Below are positions 1-9,543 of a DNA stretch of 64,000 nt, in pieces. Location of the stretch: contig CAMDOM010000013.1 in assembly GCA_945903645.1 (NCBI GenBank), forward strand, positions 485-64,484. Direction: 5' to 3'. Under the pieces are notes generated by a model that was not told the DNA's origin, ran no database searches, and saw only the letters and a list, made by a program, of their open reading frames with translations. This stretch comes from Chryseobacterium gleum (GTDB lineage: Bacteria; Bacteroidota; Bacteroidia; UBA10329). Position 1 is the stretch's first letter; every line of letters begins with the position of its first letter. Both the position numbers and the translations under genes were made by a program.

Positions 1-384
1 ATCATTCAATTGCAGGCGAACAGCACCTCTATTGGTGTACAATTCACCGTCTTCATCATTCAGTTCAATTGCATTGCCATAATCGCGTAATGCTGCGTCA
101 AATGATCCAAGTAATGCTGCAATTCGAGCTCTATTGAATAGCGCATCTTCATGTTTTGGATGAAGTTCTAATGCTTTAGTGAAATCAGCGTACGCATTTG
201 CAATATTCTTCCCGAAAAAACTTGCCAATCCGCGATTGTAATACGTATCGGCATTCTTTGGGTCAAGCTCCAAAGCTTCGGTATAATCAGCTACGGCACC
301 ATCAAAGTCCTTGCTTTCGAACTTCAAATCTCCATCAGTAATAAATTCAGCAGCTGATTTCACCACTCGATTTATTGGTTGCAT
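1..384 (-). CDS. TPR-repeat protein, N-terminal part (gene runs off the window start)
   Basis: Own minus-strand translation from the ATG at 384-382, which is immediately preceded by an in-frame TAA: MQPINRVVKSAAEFITDGDLKFESKDFDGAVADYTEALELDPKNADTYYNRGLASFFGKN... with 34-residue TPR periodicity (A..Y.NRG). It is absent from the ORF track because no stop falls inside the window. It overlaps the 3' end of 372..1082 by 13 nt in another frame. Confidence 0.55.
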   Translation of the reverse strand, partial: MQPINRVVKSAAEFITDGDLKFESKDFDGAVADYTEALELDPKNADTYYNRGLASFFGKNIANAYADFTKALELHPKHEDALFNRARIAALLGSFDAALRDYGNAIELNDEDGELYTNRGAVRLQLND

Positions 385-1082
385 TTAGAACGAATGTAAT
401 CGTAAGCCTCAGATGCACCAAGTTCGCCAGCAATGCTCCAATCGATGCACGCACCTGCTTTATCCCCAAGAAAGCTCTTTGAAATTCCTCTGTTCAAATA
501 CGCTAATCCAAACTCGGAATCAATTTTTATGGCTTTGTTGAAATCTTGGACAGCGCCAAGATAATCGCCCAACGCAACTTTAGCGTCTCCACGATTGTAA
601 TGCGCGTCCAAATTGTAGGGATCAAGCTTAATTGCTGCATTGTATGCCTTCATGGCCTCAATGTACTCTTTTTGCTTGGCAAAGGCATTTCCCAATCTAA
701 GGTGCGCTACAGGATTCTGTGAGTTCAGTTCAATTGCCATATTGCAATCCTCAATAGCGCCTTTAAAATCTTTTAGATTCACATAAACTGAACTACGATT
801 GGCATAAGCCATGCTGTTTTTAGGGTCTAGCTCAATTACTTTATTGAAGTCTTGAATAGCACTGATATCATTTCCTAAAGCGATTTTGACTTCTCCACGT
901 TTAAGGAAATATTCAGGTTTTTTTTTGTCTTTACTTATTGCTTTGTCAAATTCGGATAAAGCCTCTATGTATTCTTTGCCCTCTAATTTTTTAACTCCAG
1001 AATTAAAAAGTTCGGGAGCTTCTTGAGCGATACATGCGAAGCTGAAAAACGTAAAGGATACGATAAGTAGTAATCGGTTCAT
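372..1082 (-). CDS. TPR-repeat protein with N-terminal signal peptide
   Basis: 236 aa ORF. Hydrophobic N-terminus MNRLLLIVSFTFFSFACIAQ, then six or more TPR-like 34-aa units (AxxYxNRG/Kxxlg, DxxKAIELDP). Confidence 0.75.
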   Translation of the reverse strand: MNRLLLIVSFTFFSFACIAQEAPELFNSGVKKLEGKEYIEALSEFDKAISKDKKKPEYFLKRGEVKIALGNDISAIQDFNKVIELDPKNSMAYANRSSVYVNLKDFKGAIEDCNMAIELNSQNPVAHLRLGNAFAKQKEYIEAMKAYNAAIKLDPYNLDAHYNRGDAKVALGDYLGAVQDFNKAIKIDSEFGLAYLNRGISKSFLGDKAGACIDWSIAGELGASEAYDYIRSKCNQ

Positions 1083-1155
1083 GCCAGTTTTTGAGAAAGG
1101 CCAAAAGTAATTAACCGAAAGCTTTAAGAAAACTAATAGGCGGAAAGTATTAACA

Positions 1156-1770
1156 CTAGTTGCAACGCTCTTTGAAAGCAGCCATTGGAGGAGAATACCC
1201 TAGTTTTTGGGCTTTCAGCAAGTCGTTGCAAGCTCCCAGAATATCGCCTTTTAACAATTTTACTTGACCACGCAACGAATATGCTTTCCCATAAGCGGGA
1301 TCCATACTCACCGCTTTATTCAAATCTTTCAACGCACCATCGTAGTCAGCCAAATCTTGTTTTGACAAACCTCGACCTAAAAACGCATCCTTTTCATTGG
1401 GATTTAATGCGATGGATGTAGTGAAATCCTCGATAGCACCTTTCAAATCGTTGAGTTTACGCTTCGATTTACCACGATTTGCATAGGCTTCGCTGTAATC
1501 GCCTTTTAGCGAAATGGCCATGTTGTAATCTTTTAATGCACCACGATAATCATCTAGCTCATCCTTAACGTAGCCACGATAGTTAAACGCTTGTATGAGT
1601 TTAGGGTCAAGAGCCAAGGCGGCATCTAAGTCCTTTAAAGCTGATCTATAATTTTGCATCTCCGCTTTGGATTGGGCTCTGCGATAGAGTTCCATTGCAG
1701 ATTGTGCTTGTGCTGTTGCAGCTAAGCAAAACAAAATGCTCAAACGAACAATAAATGAAAGACAATTCAT
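1156..1770 (-). CDS. TPR-repeat protein with signal peptide
   Basis: 204 aa ORF with signal peptide MNCLSFIVRLSILFCLAATAQA and repeated AxxYxNRG / DxxKAxxLDP units. Third tandem paralog of the TPR proteins at the window start. Confidence 0.75.
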   Translation of the reverse strand: MNCLSFIVRLSILFCLAATAQAQSAMELYRRAQSKAEMQNYRSALKDLDAALALDPKLIQAFNYRGYVKDELDDYRGALKDYNMAISLKGDYSEAYANRGKSKRKLNDLKGAIEDFTTSIALNPNEKDAFLGRGLSKQDLADYDGALKDLNKAVSMDPAYGKAYSLRGQVKLLKGDILGACNDLLKAQKLGYSPPMAAFKERCN

Positions 1771-1858
1771 TGTGATGCAAAAATAAAAGATTTATGTGAC
1801 TTTCCACACTCCCAAAATAATTCTAATGACTTAATTTCGCGAAATTTAAGTTTCTGAT

Positions 1859-2098
1859 GTGATGTTCAACGAAGATGCGCTCAAAAAAATAGTACATCAC
1901 CTAATAGATGGAATTGTTGTTATAGACTCGAAAGGCATTATTCTGAATGTCAATCCTGCAATGTATTCCCTGTTTGGCTACAGCCCAAAAGAAATGGTGG
2001 GCAATAACATACGCATGTTAATGCCAGAACCTTATCACAGTCAGCATGATAATTACATTCACAATTACCACCGACAATCTGCTGGGGAATATCTTTAG
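1859..2098 (+). pseudogene. PAS-domain fragment (truncated sensor remnant)
   Basis: 79 aa ORF with PAS hallmarks (IVVIDSKGIILNVNPAMYSLFGYSPKEMVGNNIRMLMP...H..YL) that stops after about two thirds of a PAS fold. No continuation in any frame in 2099-2180, and no kinase or output domain follows. Confidence 0.4.
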
Positions 2099-2180
2099 TA
2101 AGTTTTGTATCGGGAAGTAGGCTTGATTTTTTGGATGCTGAACAATGGGCAGGCTTGGAATCACAATCTGTGATTTCAAA

Positions 2181-3041
2181 CTAGTGGTACAAAGTCACCA
2201 CTGAAACTGGATTTTCGTATTTAGTCATCTTCCTTTTCTTTCGATTGGCAAAGTCGTACATTTTGGGAACCATCAGATAATACTTCTGGTTGGACTTTAA
2301 TGCCTTTTGGTAAATTCGATAGCCATTTTCATCCGTACCCATAGATTTTCCTCTGAAATGTGAGAGCTCCATTTCGCTTACTTCACTTAGGAAGAACTTA
2401 TTTTCAATAAACCACTCATTTTCAAAATTTTCCTTTGTAGACAGTGTGAGAAAGTTGGTAAGATGAATAGGTGAGGAATCCTCCGTAAGCGATTCTTTAT
2501 ATATCGTAGCCATTTTTGAAGGGTTAGACTCATTTGTAGTCGTTTCAATCTGAGTGGTAGAAGGATTCATGAAATAATAGGCTGCATTATTAATTGAATA
2601 TTCATTCCTTGTGATTTTAGAGAATGGTGGAAGAAATGTTATACGTTCCACCGGACGAATTATAGATTCTCCTGCTGAAATGGCAGAACCTACGGACATT
2701 CCATAAGACCCTCTAAAGCTTACTCCAGTACTTATTGATAAGGAGTTAACCACAGTTACGTCCGTCCAATAAACATAAGGTGCTCCGTTGTAAACTAGGT
2801 TTGATTTTTTTCAATCAATGTAGATTGGAGTTGTCATTTTATTCTCAATGGTGAACTCGAATTTCCCATGATGTGCCCAAAAGAAATACGAAATTCTTAC
2901 CGTGTCATTTTCAAATACAAACCCATTTTTTTCCTCGCTAATTTTAGTTCCAATTGGTTTCAAATGCGCCAATTGAATCATTTGCTTGTTGCAAGAAGAT
3001 AATGCCATTGTAGCGAGTAATAGAATGGCTGTACGAATCAT
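2181..3041 (-). pseudogene. hypothetical lipoprotein interrupted by an in-frame TGA (ORFs 2811..3041 and 2181..2753 share one frame)
   Basis: ORF 2811..3041 (lipobox LSSC after MIRTAILLLATMA) ends in TGA at 2811-2813. The next 19 codons (KKSNLVYNGAPYVYWTDVT) have no stop and run in the same frame into ORF 2181..2753. Frame arithmetic: codon first bases 3041, 2813, 2810 and 2753 are all ≡2 mod 3. Confidence 0.45.
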
Positions 3042-3175
3042 GTGTTATGATGTTGAACGACAATGATACAAAACAGATGACTAAGAAAAATAGTCACATT
3101 TCATAGTTCATTTCTGTTTTTCAAGCCCTATTTTATATCATTTGAGCAACCCCACATCTTTCCGACATTTGCCCC

Positions 3176-4444
3176 ATGGACTATCAGAATTCCCTTGAGT
3201 ATGCGCAGCAAATGGATGCCGCAGATGTGTTGAGAGTGTATCGTAGTCGGTTCTTCCATCCGAAATTGAAGAATGTGGAAGCGCGTTATTTCTGTGGCAA
3301 TTCGCTGGGGTTGCAGCCCAAAGCAGTGCAAGCCGCCTTGCAACAAGAGCTTGACGATTGGGCCGATCACGCGGTGGAAGGTCATTTCAAAGCCAAACAT
3401 CCGTGGTTTAGCTATCAAGATATGTTTTCCGGGCCCATTGCGCGCATGGTAGGCGCACAGCCCATGGAGGTAACCGTGATGAACGCCTTGACAGTGAACT
3501 TGCACCTGATGATGGTGTCGTTCTACAGGCCACAGGGCAAGCGCATAAAAATTATTTGCGAAGCCAAAGCGTTTCCATCCGATCAGTATGCCATCGAGTC
3601 GCAAGTGGCTTTTCATGGCCTTCAAGCTTCGGATGCTATTGTGGAAGTAGCCCCTCGTGCGGGCGAGCATCTTATTCGCCACGATGATATTTTGGCGGCC
3701 ATCGAAACGCATGGAAACGAAGTGGCTTTGGTACTTTTTGGCGGAGTGAATTACTACACGGGGCAGCTGTTCGATATGAACGCCATTACCGAAGCAGGGC
3801 ATGCTGTGGGTGCTCAGGTTGGCTTCGATTTGGCGCATGCTGTTGGCAATGTTCCGCTGCACTTGCACGATTGGAATGTGGATTTTGCCACGTGGTGTAC
3901 CTACAAGTATCTGAATAGTGGGCCTGGAGCGGTATCGGGCGTTTATGTGCATCAGCGGCATTGCAACAATCCAAGTTTGCCGCGTTTTGCAGGTTGGTGG
4001 GGTAACAATCCTGACACGCGGTTTAAAATGGAACCTGGTTTTGTGCCTGCCGAAGGCGCTCGTGGGTGGCAAATGAGCAATGTGCCTGTGCTGTCTATGG
4101 CAGCGCACAAGGCAGCACTCGATGTTCATGATGAGGTAGGTATGGAGCAGTTGCGCCAAAAAAGCGTGGCGCTTACAGGGTATTTGGAGTTTTTGGTGGC
4201 ACAAACCGCCCATACTGACGAGGTGGAAATCATCACCCCAACCAACCCTGCACAGCGCGGATGTCAGCTTTCATTATTTGTGAAGAAAAACGCGAAGCAG
4301 TTGCATGCTGTATTATTAGATGCAGGCGTAATTACCGATTATCGCGAGCCGAACGTGATACGCTTGGCACCTGTACCGCTCTACAATTCGTTTGAAGATG
4401 TGTGGGTATTTGCTGATGTGTTAAAGCGCCATTTGCGCGCCTAG
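3176..4444 (+). CDS. kynU: kynureninase
   Basis: 422 aa with a typical kynureninase N-terminus (LDAADVLRVYRSRFFHPK...YFCGNSLGLQPK), PLP-aminotransferase class V-like core and a length matching the family. Confidence 0.85.
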   Translation: MDYQNSLEYAQQMDAADVLRVYRSRFFHPKLKNVEARYFCGNSLGLQPKAVQAALQQELDDWADHAVEGHFKAKHPWFSYQDMFSGPIARMVGAQPMEVTVMNALTVNLHLMMVSFYRPQGKRIKIICEAKAFPSDQYAIESQVAFHGLQASDAIVEVAPRAGEHLIRHDDILAAIETHGNEVALVLFGGVNYYTGQLFDMNAITEAGHAVGAQVGFDLAHAVGNVPLHLHDWNVDFATWCTYKYLNSGPGAVSGVYVHQRHCNNPSLPRFAGWWGNNPDTRFKMEPGFVPAEGARGWQMSNVPVLSMAAHKAALDVHDEVGMEQLRQKSVALTGYLEFLVAQTAHTDEVEIITPTNPAQRGCQLSLFVKKNAKQLHAVLLDAGVITDYREPNVIRLAPVPLYNSFEDVWVFADVLKRHLRA

Positions 4445-4445
4445 A

Positions 4446-5153
4446 CTACAGTTCCATTCTATTCCACGTCACCGATTTCCAAATTTCCACCACTTCGCTC
4501 ACAGCCAAGTTGTAGGGTTTGAATGTGGGATTGGTAGACACCAGTTGCAGTGTGCCATTGGTGGCAATGGCGATGTACACCAGTTTGAACACCACGCCAT
4601 CGTTTCGGGTAACGATAATGCAAGGTGTGCCGGGTTTTATGGTGCTCCAGTCCTCCACAAAAGCGCCAGTAACCCATGCGCCATTGGGAATGGGCAACAT
4701 CGAATCGCCTTTGAGTTGGAAGCAACGATAGGTTTTTTCTCTCGGAAGAAAAGGCAATTGAAAGCGCGGTAGCTGCCCAATAAAATCGGGGTCGCCATAG
4801 CCGTTGGCATAGCCTGCTTGGGCCTTGGTGCCTACAAGCTCGATATTTTCGTTGCCATTTTTATCTACAGTCACCGTTAGCAGCCGCAGCTTTTGGCCTG
4901 TGATGTCGATATCCATGCCGCGCTCCACCTCCGAAAGTTGAAATGCCGAAAGTTTGCTAAGGTCGTAGCGCACCAAGGCATCGAGGCTCATTTTGAAATA
5001 GTCGGCCATGCGCATCAACTTGGCAAAAGGCGGCTGCACCCCTTTTTCGTACCCAATAAGCGTGGTGCGGCTTAGGTCGATGCTTTTTGCAAGTTCGGTT
5101 TGCGAAATGCGGCTGCGTTCGCGCAAAAATTTCAGGTTCGAAGAGAAAAACAT
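4446..5153 (-). CDS. LexA-like repressor: XRE-family HTH fused to S24 peptidase domain
   Basis: N-terminal HTH (LRERSRISQTELAKSIDLSRTTLIGYEKG). C-terminal S24 signature GDSM (FQLKGDSMLPIPNGAWV) with a downstream Lys (VFKLVYI). Divergent from a Y-family polymerase gene. Confidence 0.8.
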   Translation of the reverse strand: MFFSSNLKFLRERSRISQTELAKSIDLSRTTLIGYEKGVQPPFAKLMRMADYFKMSLDALVRYDLSKLSAFQLSEVERGMDIDITGQKLRLLTVTVDKNGNENIELVGTKAQAGYANGYGDPDFIGQLPRFQLPFLPREKTYRCFQLKGDSMLPIPNGAWVTGAFVEDWSTIKPGTPCIIVTRNDGVVFKLVYIAIATNGTLQLVSTNPTFKPYNLAVSEVVEIWKSVTWNRMEL

Positions 5154-5185
5154 GCTTTTTTATTTGGTGGCGAAGATAAAGAATG

Positions 5186-5223
5186 TCTACATTATGGACT
5201 TTAATGTGTCGATATTATAGACT
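5186..5223. promoter_or_regulatory. candidate operator: two direct copies of AATGT..GTCNANATTATNGAC between the LexA-like gene and dinB
   Basis: gtctacattatggac at 5186-5200 and gtcgatattatagac at 5209-5223. Each has inverted GTC/GAC ends around an ATTAT core. They sit in the 78-bp divergent intergenic region. Confidence 0.35.
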
Positions 5224-5231
5224 ACTACGTT

Positions 5232-6440
5232 TTGCCCTCCATCATTCATATCGACCTTGATTCCTTTTTCGTTTCGTGCGAGCGGTTGTTGGATAGCAGC
5301 CTCATGCATCGGCCTGTGTTGATTGGTGGTACATCCGATCGCGGAGTGGTGGCTTCGTGCAGCTACGAAGCGCGGGCGTTTGGTGTGCATGCGGCTATGC
5401 CCATGCGCATGGCGCGGCAGTTGTGTCCGGAGGCCGTGGTTATTCGCGGCAATAGCGGCACCTACAGTAAGTTTTCGCACATGGTTACCGACATTATTCG
5501 TGATCAATCTCCTCTATTTGAAAAATCGTCTATCGATGAATTTTATATCGATGTAACGGGCATGGATCGATTTTTTGGGTGCTACAAATGGGGACAAGAA
5601 CTGCGTGAACGCATCATTCGCGAAACACATTTGCCTATATCTTTTGCGCTATCTACCAGCAAAACTGTAGCTAAAGTGGGCACGGGCGAGGCCAAACCCA
5701 ACAATCATAGAGAAATTCCGAAGAATACAGAAAAGAGTTTTTTGGCTCCGCTGTCGGTAAAGAAAATTCCGATGGTGGGCGATCAAACCTATCGCATGTT
5801 GCGCAGCATGGGCATCGAGCAGGTGCGCACTGTGCAAGAAATGCCAGTAGAACTTATGGAACGCGTGATGGGAAAACCTGGCCTATCGCTATGGCACAAA
5901 GCGCAGGGCATCGATAATTCACCCATTGTGCCGTTTCACGAACGAAAATCCATCTCGCTTGAACGCACATTTGAGCGCGACACCACCGATTTGGTGAAAC
6001 TGAAAAGCATTATCCGCGCCATGGCCGAAAGCTTGGCGTATCAGTTGCGCAACGGGAATAAACTGACGGCTTGTGTATCGGTAAAAATTCGCTATTCCGA
6101 TTTTCAAACCCATAGCCGACAGCGCAGTATAGCCTACACCAGTTCCGACCACACCTTAATAAGTGCTGTGGAAGAGTTGTTTGACCAACTTTTCGACCGC
6201 AGAGTTCTTATTCGTTTGGTAGGTGTGCGCTTTAGCCATTTGGTGGGTGGCGGCCAGCAAATAAACCTTTTTGATGATAGCGAGAAGATGCTAAAACTCT
6301 ATCAAGCCATGGATTTGATGCGCAATCGTTATGGGCAAGATGCAGTGAAACGCGCTGTGACTATGGGTTCCAAAGGCTTGGGCGGCATGAATCCCTTCAA
6401 TGGCGAACCGCCCATCATACCCGCGCATCGCAGGTCATAA
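5232..6440 (+). CDS. dinB: DNA polymerase IV (Y-family, DinB)
   Basis: 402 aa; N-terminus IIHIDLDSFFVSCERL and the SIDEFYIDVTG catalytic motif typical of DinB/UmuC; non-ATG (TTG-type) start per the ORF track. Confidence 0.9.
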   Translation: MPSIIHIDLDSFFVSCERLLDSSLMHRPVLIGGTSDRGVVASCSYEARAFGVHAAMPMRMARQLCPEAVVIRGNSGTYSKFSHMVTDIIRDQSPLFEKSSIDEFYIDVTGMDRFFGCYKWGQELRERIIRETHLPISFALSTSKTVAKVGTGEAKPNNHREIPKNTEKSFLAPLSVKKIPMVGDQTYRMLRSMGIEQVRTVQEMPVELMERVMGKPGLSLWHKAQGIDNSPIVPFHERKSISLERTFERDTTDLVKLKSIIRAMAESLAYQLRNGNKLTACVSVKIRYSDFQTHSRQRSIAYTSSDHTLISAVEELFDQLFDRRVLIRLVGVRFSHLVGGGQQINLFDDSEKMLKLYQAMDLMRNRYGQDAVKRAVTMGSKGLGGMNPFNGEPPIIPAHRRS

Positions 6441-6444
6441 AAAA

Positions 6445-6482
6445 ACCACCCAACTTCTACGGTTAGAAGCGGGTGGTTTCTA
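6445..6482. terminator. hairpin with flanking A/T runs between convergent dinB and ndk (bidirectional terminator candidate)
   Basis: aaaaaaccacccaacttctacggttagaagcgggtggtttc: ccaccc/gggtgg and cttcta/tagaag stems. Confidence 0.4.
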
Positions 6483-6500
6483 TGGATAGGTTCGTTATGC

Positions 6501-6920
6501 TCAGAAACGCTCGAACTTCGAGAAGAAGAATGCACCTTCAATCTCGGCATTCTCATCGCTATCTGAACCGTGAACTGCATTTTTCGCTTTCGATTCTGCA
6601 AACTTGCTACGGATAGTACCAGTAGCAGCCTCAGCTGGATCAGTAGCACCAATCAAAGCGCGGAAATCTGCCACAGCATTGTCTTTTTCTAAAATGGCAG
6701 CCACAATAGGACCAGAGCTCATGTATTCTACTAATTCGCCATAAAACGGACGCGCACTGTGGACTGCATAAAATTCGCCAGCCAATTCGGTAGAAAGGCT
6801 AGTATATTTCATGGCAATGATGCGGAATCCCGCAGTGTTTATCATTTCCAATATGCCGCCAATGCTATTGCTTTCAACTGCATCGGGCTTAATCATTGTA
6901 AAGGTTCTATTCGTAGCCAT
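6501..6920 (-). CDS. ndk: nucleoside diphosphate kinase
   Basis: Internal start [16 protein letters not shown]... (ATG at 6920-6918) gives a ~139 aa Ndk; the 54 upstream codons of the tracked ORF are a probable over-extension. Confidence 0.88.
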   Translation of the reverse strand: MATNRTFTMIKPDAVESNSIGGILEMINTAGFRIIAMKYTSLSTELAGEFYAVHSARPFYGELVEYMSSGPIVAAILEKDNAVADFRALIGATDPAEAATGTIRSKFAESKAKNAVHGSDSDENAEIEGAFFFSKFERF

Positions 6921-7049
6921 GGTGTGTTTGAGTGTTTTTTCTATTGAGCCGCGAAAGTAGACAATCTGATTGCTGCTAAAAAGCCGAAATTCAATCAATA
7001 TGCCACCACGGTTCAAAGGGTTATCTTCGCGCCTTATTCCCGCGCTATT

Positions 7050-8060
7050 TTGACTACAGAGAACGTTCATAAATTGAAGCAATTGCTAAGCACACCGCGC
7101 ACCATCGCCATTGTGTCGCACAAGAGTCCAGATGGCGATGCTATTGGCTCGTCATTAGGATTGGGGCATTATCTGCGTGGCAAAGGCCATACCGTAAATG
7201 TGGTGATGCCCAACGATTATCCCGATTTTTTAAAGTGGATGGTGGGCACAGAGCAAGTGTTGTTGCACGATAAAAACACTGTTGCAAGCGAAAAGCTTGT
7301 TCATGATTGCGATGTGCTCTTTTGCCTCGATTTCAACACACCATCGCGGGCATTTGGGTTGGAAAAAAGCATTCGCGAAACCAAAGCCCTCAAGGTAATG
7401 GTAGACCATCATCCGCAGCCCGATGCGTTTTTCGACATCCTAATGTCTGATACATCTTCGGGTTCTACTGCGCAATTGGTGTATCGACTTATTTCCATGA
7501 TGGGCGATAAGGTGCCAAACAAAGATTGTGGCGAATGCTTGTATGCTGGCATTCTCACCGATTCGGGTAGTTTTCGTTTTCCGAGCACCACAGCCGAAAC
7601 ACATCGTATTGTGGCTGATTTGCTTGACGTTGGCGTGGATAATGCTGGGGTGTACGACCATATTCACAACGCCAGTTCGGAGCATCGTTTACGGCTTTTG
7701 GGCTATTGCATTAACGATAAACTTACGGTGCTTCCTCAGTTTGGAACGGGATACATTTCACTTACACTGGCCGAAAAAAACAAGTTTAAATACCAAGCAG
7801 GCGATACTGAAGGCACCGTCAATTATCCGCTATCAATAGAAGGCGTTAATTTCTCGGCCATCTTTATTGAAGACACCGACATGGTGAAAATTTCGTTTCG
7901 TTCCATTGGCAATTTTGATGTGAATGCCTTTGCGCGCAATCATTTTGATGGCGGTGGGCATCGCAACGCAGCAGGCGGTCGTTCCGATTTGAACCTAGCC
8001 GACACCGTTGCCAAGTTTGTAGCCCTATTGCCGCAGTATAGCTCGGATTTATCCAAATGA
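7050..8060 (+). CDS. nrnA: DHH-family phosphoesterase (NrnA-like nanoRNase / pAp phosphatase)
   Basis: 336 aa; DHH motif ([10 protein letters not shown]), Asp-rich N-terminal motifs ([14 protein letters not shown]), and a DHHA1-like C-terminus with [10 protein letters not shown]; TTG start. Confidence 0.7.
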   Translation: MTTENVHKLKQLLSTPRTIAIVSHKSPDGDAIGSSLGLGHYLRGKGHTVNVVMPNDYPDFLKWMVGTEQVLLHDKNTVASEKLVHDCDVLFCLDFNTPSRAFGLEKSIRETKALKVMVDHHPQPDAFFDILMSDTSSGSTAQLVYRLISMMGDKVPNKDCGECLYAGILTDSGSFRFPSTTAETHRIVADLLDVGVDNAGVYDHIHNASSEHRLRLLGYCINDKLTVLPQFGTGYISLTLAEKNKFKYQAGDTEGTVNYPLSIEGVNFSAIFIEDTDMVKISFRSIGNFDVNAFARNHFDGGGHRNAAGGRSDLNLADTVAKFVALLPQYSSDLSK

Positions 8061-8605
8061 ACAACACACGATTCAGTAGCTTAGGCTGTGCACTTGGAGT
8101 AATTATACTTTACCTAAATGCCTGCACGCCAGATGCGCCACAATTGCCCGAACTTAGCCCAGCGGATTATAAAGAGCCGCTGATGGAAGCCAACAAACAA
8201 CTACTTGTTTCTGAGGCTGATGATATTGCTGCCTATGTTTCGCGCCATCATTTAACATTAACTGCCACGGGTTCTGGTTTGCAATATGTGTTAAACAAAA
8301 AAGGCACAGGATTACAGGCAAAGTTTGGCATGCAAGCCCGCATTTTTTACACGCTGAGTTTGTTAGATGGAACCACGTGCTATACTTCTAAAGAACGCGG
8401 ACCAATGGAATTTCTTATTGGAAAAGGCGGTGTGGAAAGCGGATTGGAAGAAGCCATTCTTCTAATGCGCGAAGGCGATAGGGGTCTATTTATTTTACCT
8501 TCGCACCTTGCCCATGGCTTGCTTGGCGATGATGATTGCATTCCTCGAAAGGCCGTTGTGGTTTATGATATAGAACTTTTAACCTTGCTTGCTCCTAATT
8601 CTTAA
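8057..8605 (+). CDS. FKBP-type peptidyl-prolyl cis-trans isomerase, lipoprotein
   Basis: Lipobox LNAC after a hydrophobic leader; single FKBP domain (IFYTLSLLDGTTCYTSKERGPMEFLIGKGGVESGLEEAILLMREGDRGLFILP). Confidence 0.78.
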   Translation: MNNTRFSSLGCALGVIILYLNACTPDAPQLPELSPADYKEPLMEANKQLLVSEADDIAAYVSRHHLTLTATGSGLQYVLNKKGTGLQAKFGMQARIFYTLSLLDGTTCYTSKERGPMEFLIGKGGVESGLEEAILLMREGDRGLFILPSHLAHGLLGDDDCIPRKAVVVYDIELLTLLAPNS

Positions 8606-8637
8606 CGTTTCATTTTCAATCCTTCAAAACCGAATTC

Positions 8638-9474
8638 ATGAAAAAAACATTGCTTTTTGCCACCGTAGCTTGGGTGGTGCTCTCATCTTCCAAGTGCAAC
8701 GACAAAACCACTGGCGCTTCTGGCGATGGTGCCGATGGCAAGGCCAAATCGGGCATCGACACCATCACCACATCAACTGGACTCAAATACATTATCTGGA
8801 AAAAAGGAACTGGAGCAAAAGCTGAAGCTGGCGACAACGTATCAGTACATTATGCTGGACGATTGCTCACAGGTGCACCATTCGATAATTCGTACGACCG
8901 TGGCAAGCCGTTCGATTTTCCTTTGGGTGGTGGCCGCGTTATTAAAGGTTGGGACGAGGGAATTGGCTACATGAATGTGGGCGATTCGGCCACGCTTATC
9001 ATCCCTGCAAATTTGGGATATGGCACTACAGATAGACCAAGTATTCCTGCCAATTCAACTCTTATTTTTGACGTTCAACTAATGAATGTCAAAAAAGTGG
9101 TTAAACCTGTTCCATACGAAGTAAAAGGCCGCGATACTTTATCTACCGCTTCTGGCCTGCGGTATATTCGATTGAACGAAACTCAAGGTGAGCTGGCAGT
9201 TGCTAGCAAAACCGTTGCCGTGCATTATTCGGGCTATTTGGAAAACGGAACGGTTTTCGATAGCTCCATTAGCCGTGGCGAACCTATTTCTTTTCCATTG
9301 GGGCAAGGACGCGTAATAAAAGGATGGGACGAGGGTATTGCACTGCTAAAAGTAGGCGAAAAAGCGCGATTGCTTATTCCTAGCGCATTGGCTTATGGCG
9401 ATCGCGGTGCTGGCGGACTTATTCCCCCAGGTGCTAACTTAATCTTCGATGTAGAGTTAGTCTCTGTTAAATAG
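8638..9474 (+). CDS. FKBP-type peptidyl-prolyl isomerase with two FKBP domains
   Basis: Two copies of the V.VHY.G.L..G..FDSS..RG.P..FPLG.G.VIKGWDEG motif; signal peptide MKKTLLFATVAWVVLSSSKC. Confidence 0.8.
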   Translation: MKKTLLFATVAWVVLSSSKCNDKTTGASGDGADGKAKSGIDTITTSTGLKYIIWKKGTGAKAEAGDNVSVHYAGRLLTGAPFDNSYDRGKPFDFPLGGGRVIKGWDEGIGYMNVGDSATLIIPANLGYGTTDRPSIPANSTLIFDVQLMNVKKVVKPVPYEVKGRDTLSTASGLRYIRLNETQGELAVASKTVAVHYSGYLENGTVFDSSISRGEPISFPLGQGRVIKGWDEGIALLKVGEKARLLIPSALAYGDRGAGGLIPPGANLIFDVELVSVK

Positions 9475-9495
9475 AAACGACTCTCGGATGAAACA

Positions 9496-9526
9496 AAAAG
9501 GGGGCGCAATTCGCGCCCCTTTTTTG
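9496..9526. terminator. rho-independent terminator, bidirectional (A-run, GC hairpin, T-run)
   Basis: aaaaagggggcgcaattcgcgcccctttttt: 7-bp GGGGCGC/GCGCCCC stem with AATTC loop, between convergent FKBP and hbd genes. Confidence 0.6.
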
Positions 9527-9543
9527 TTGGAATAAGTTGGTGT

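Noticed and set aside
3128-4213. 361-aa minus-strand ORF antisense to kynureninase
   Set aside because: It fully overlaps a confidently assigned conserved gene and has a low-complexity His/Arg/Cys-rich composition. Typical shadow ORF in a GC-moderate region.
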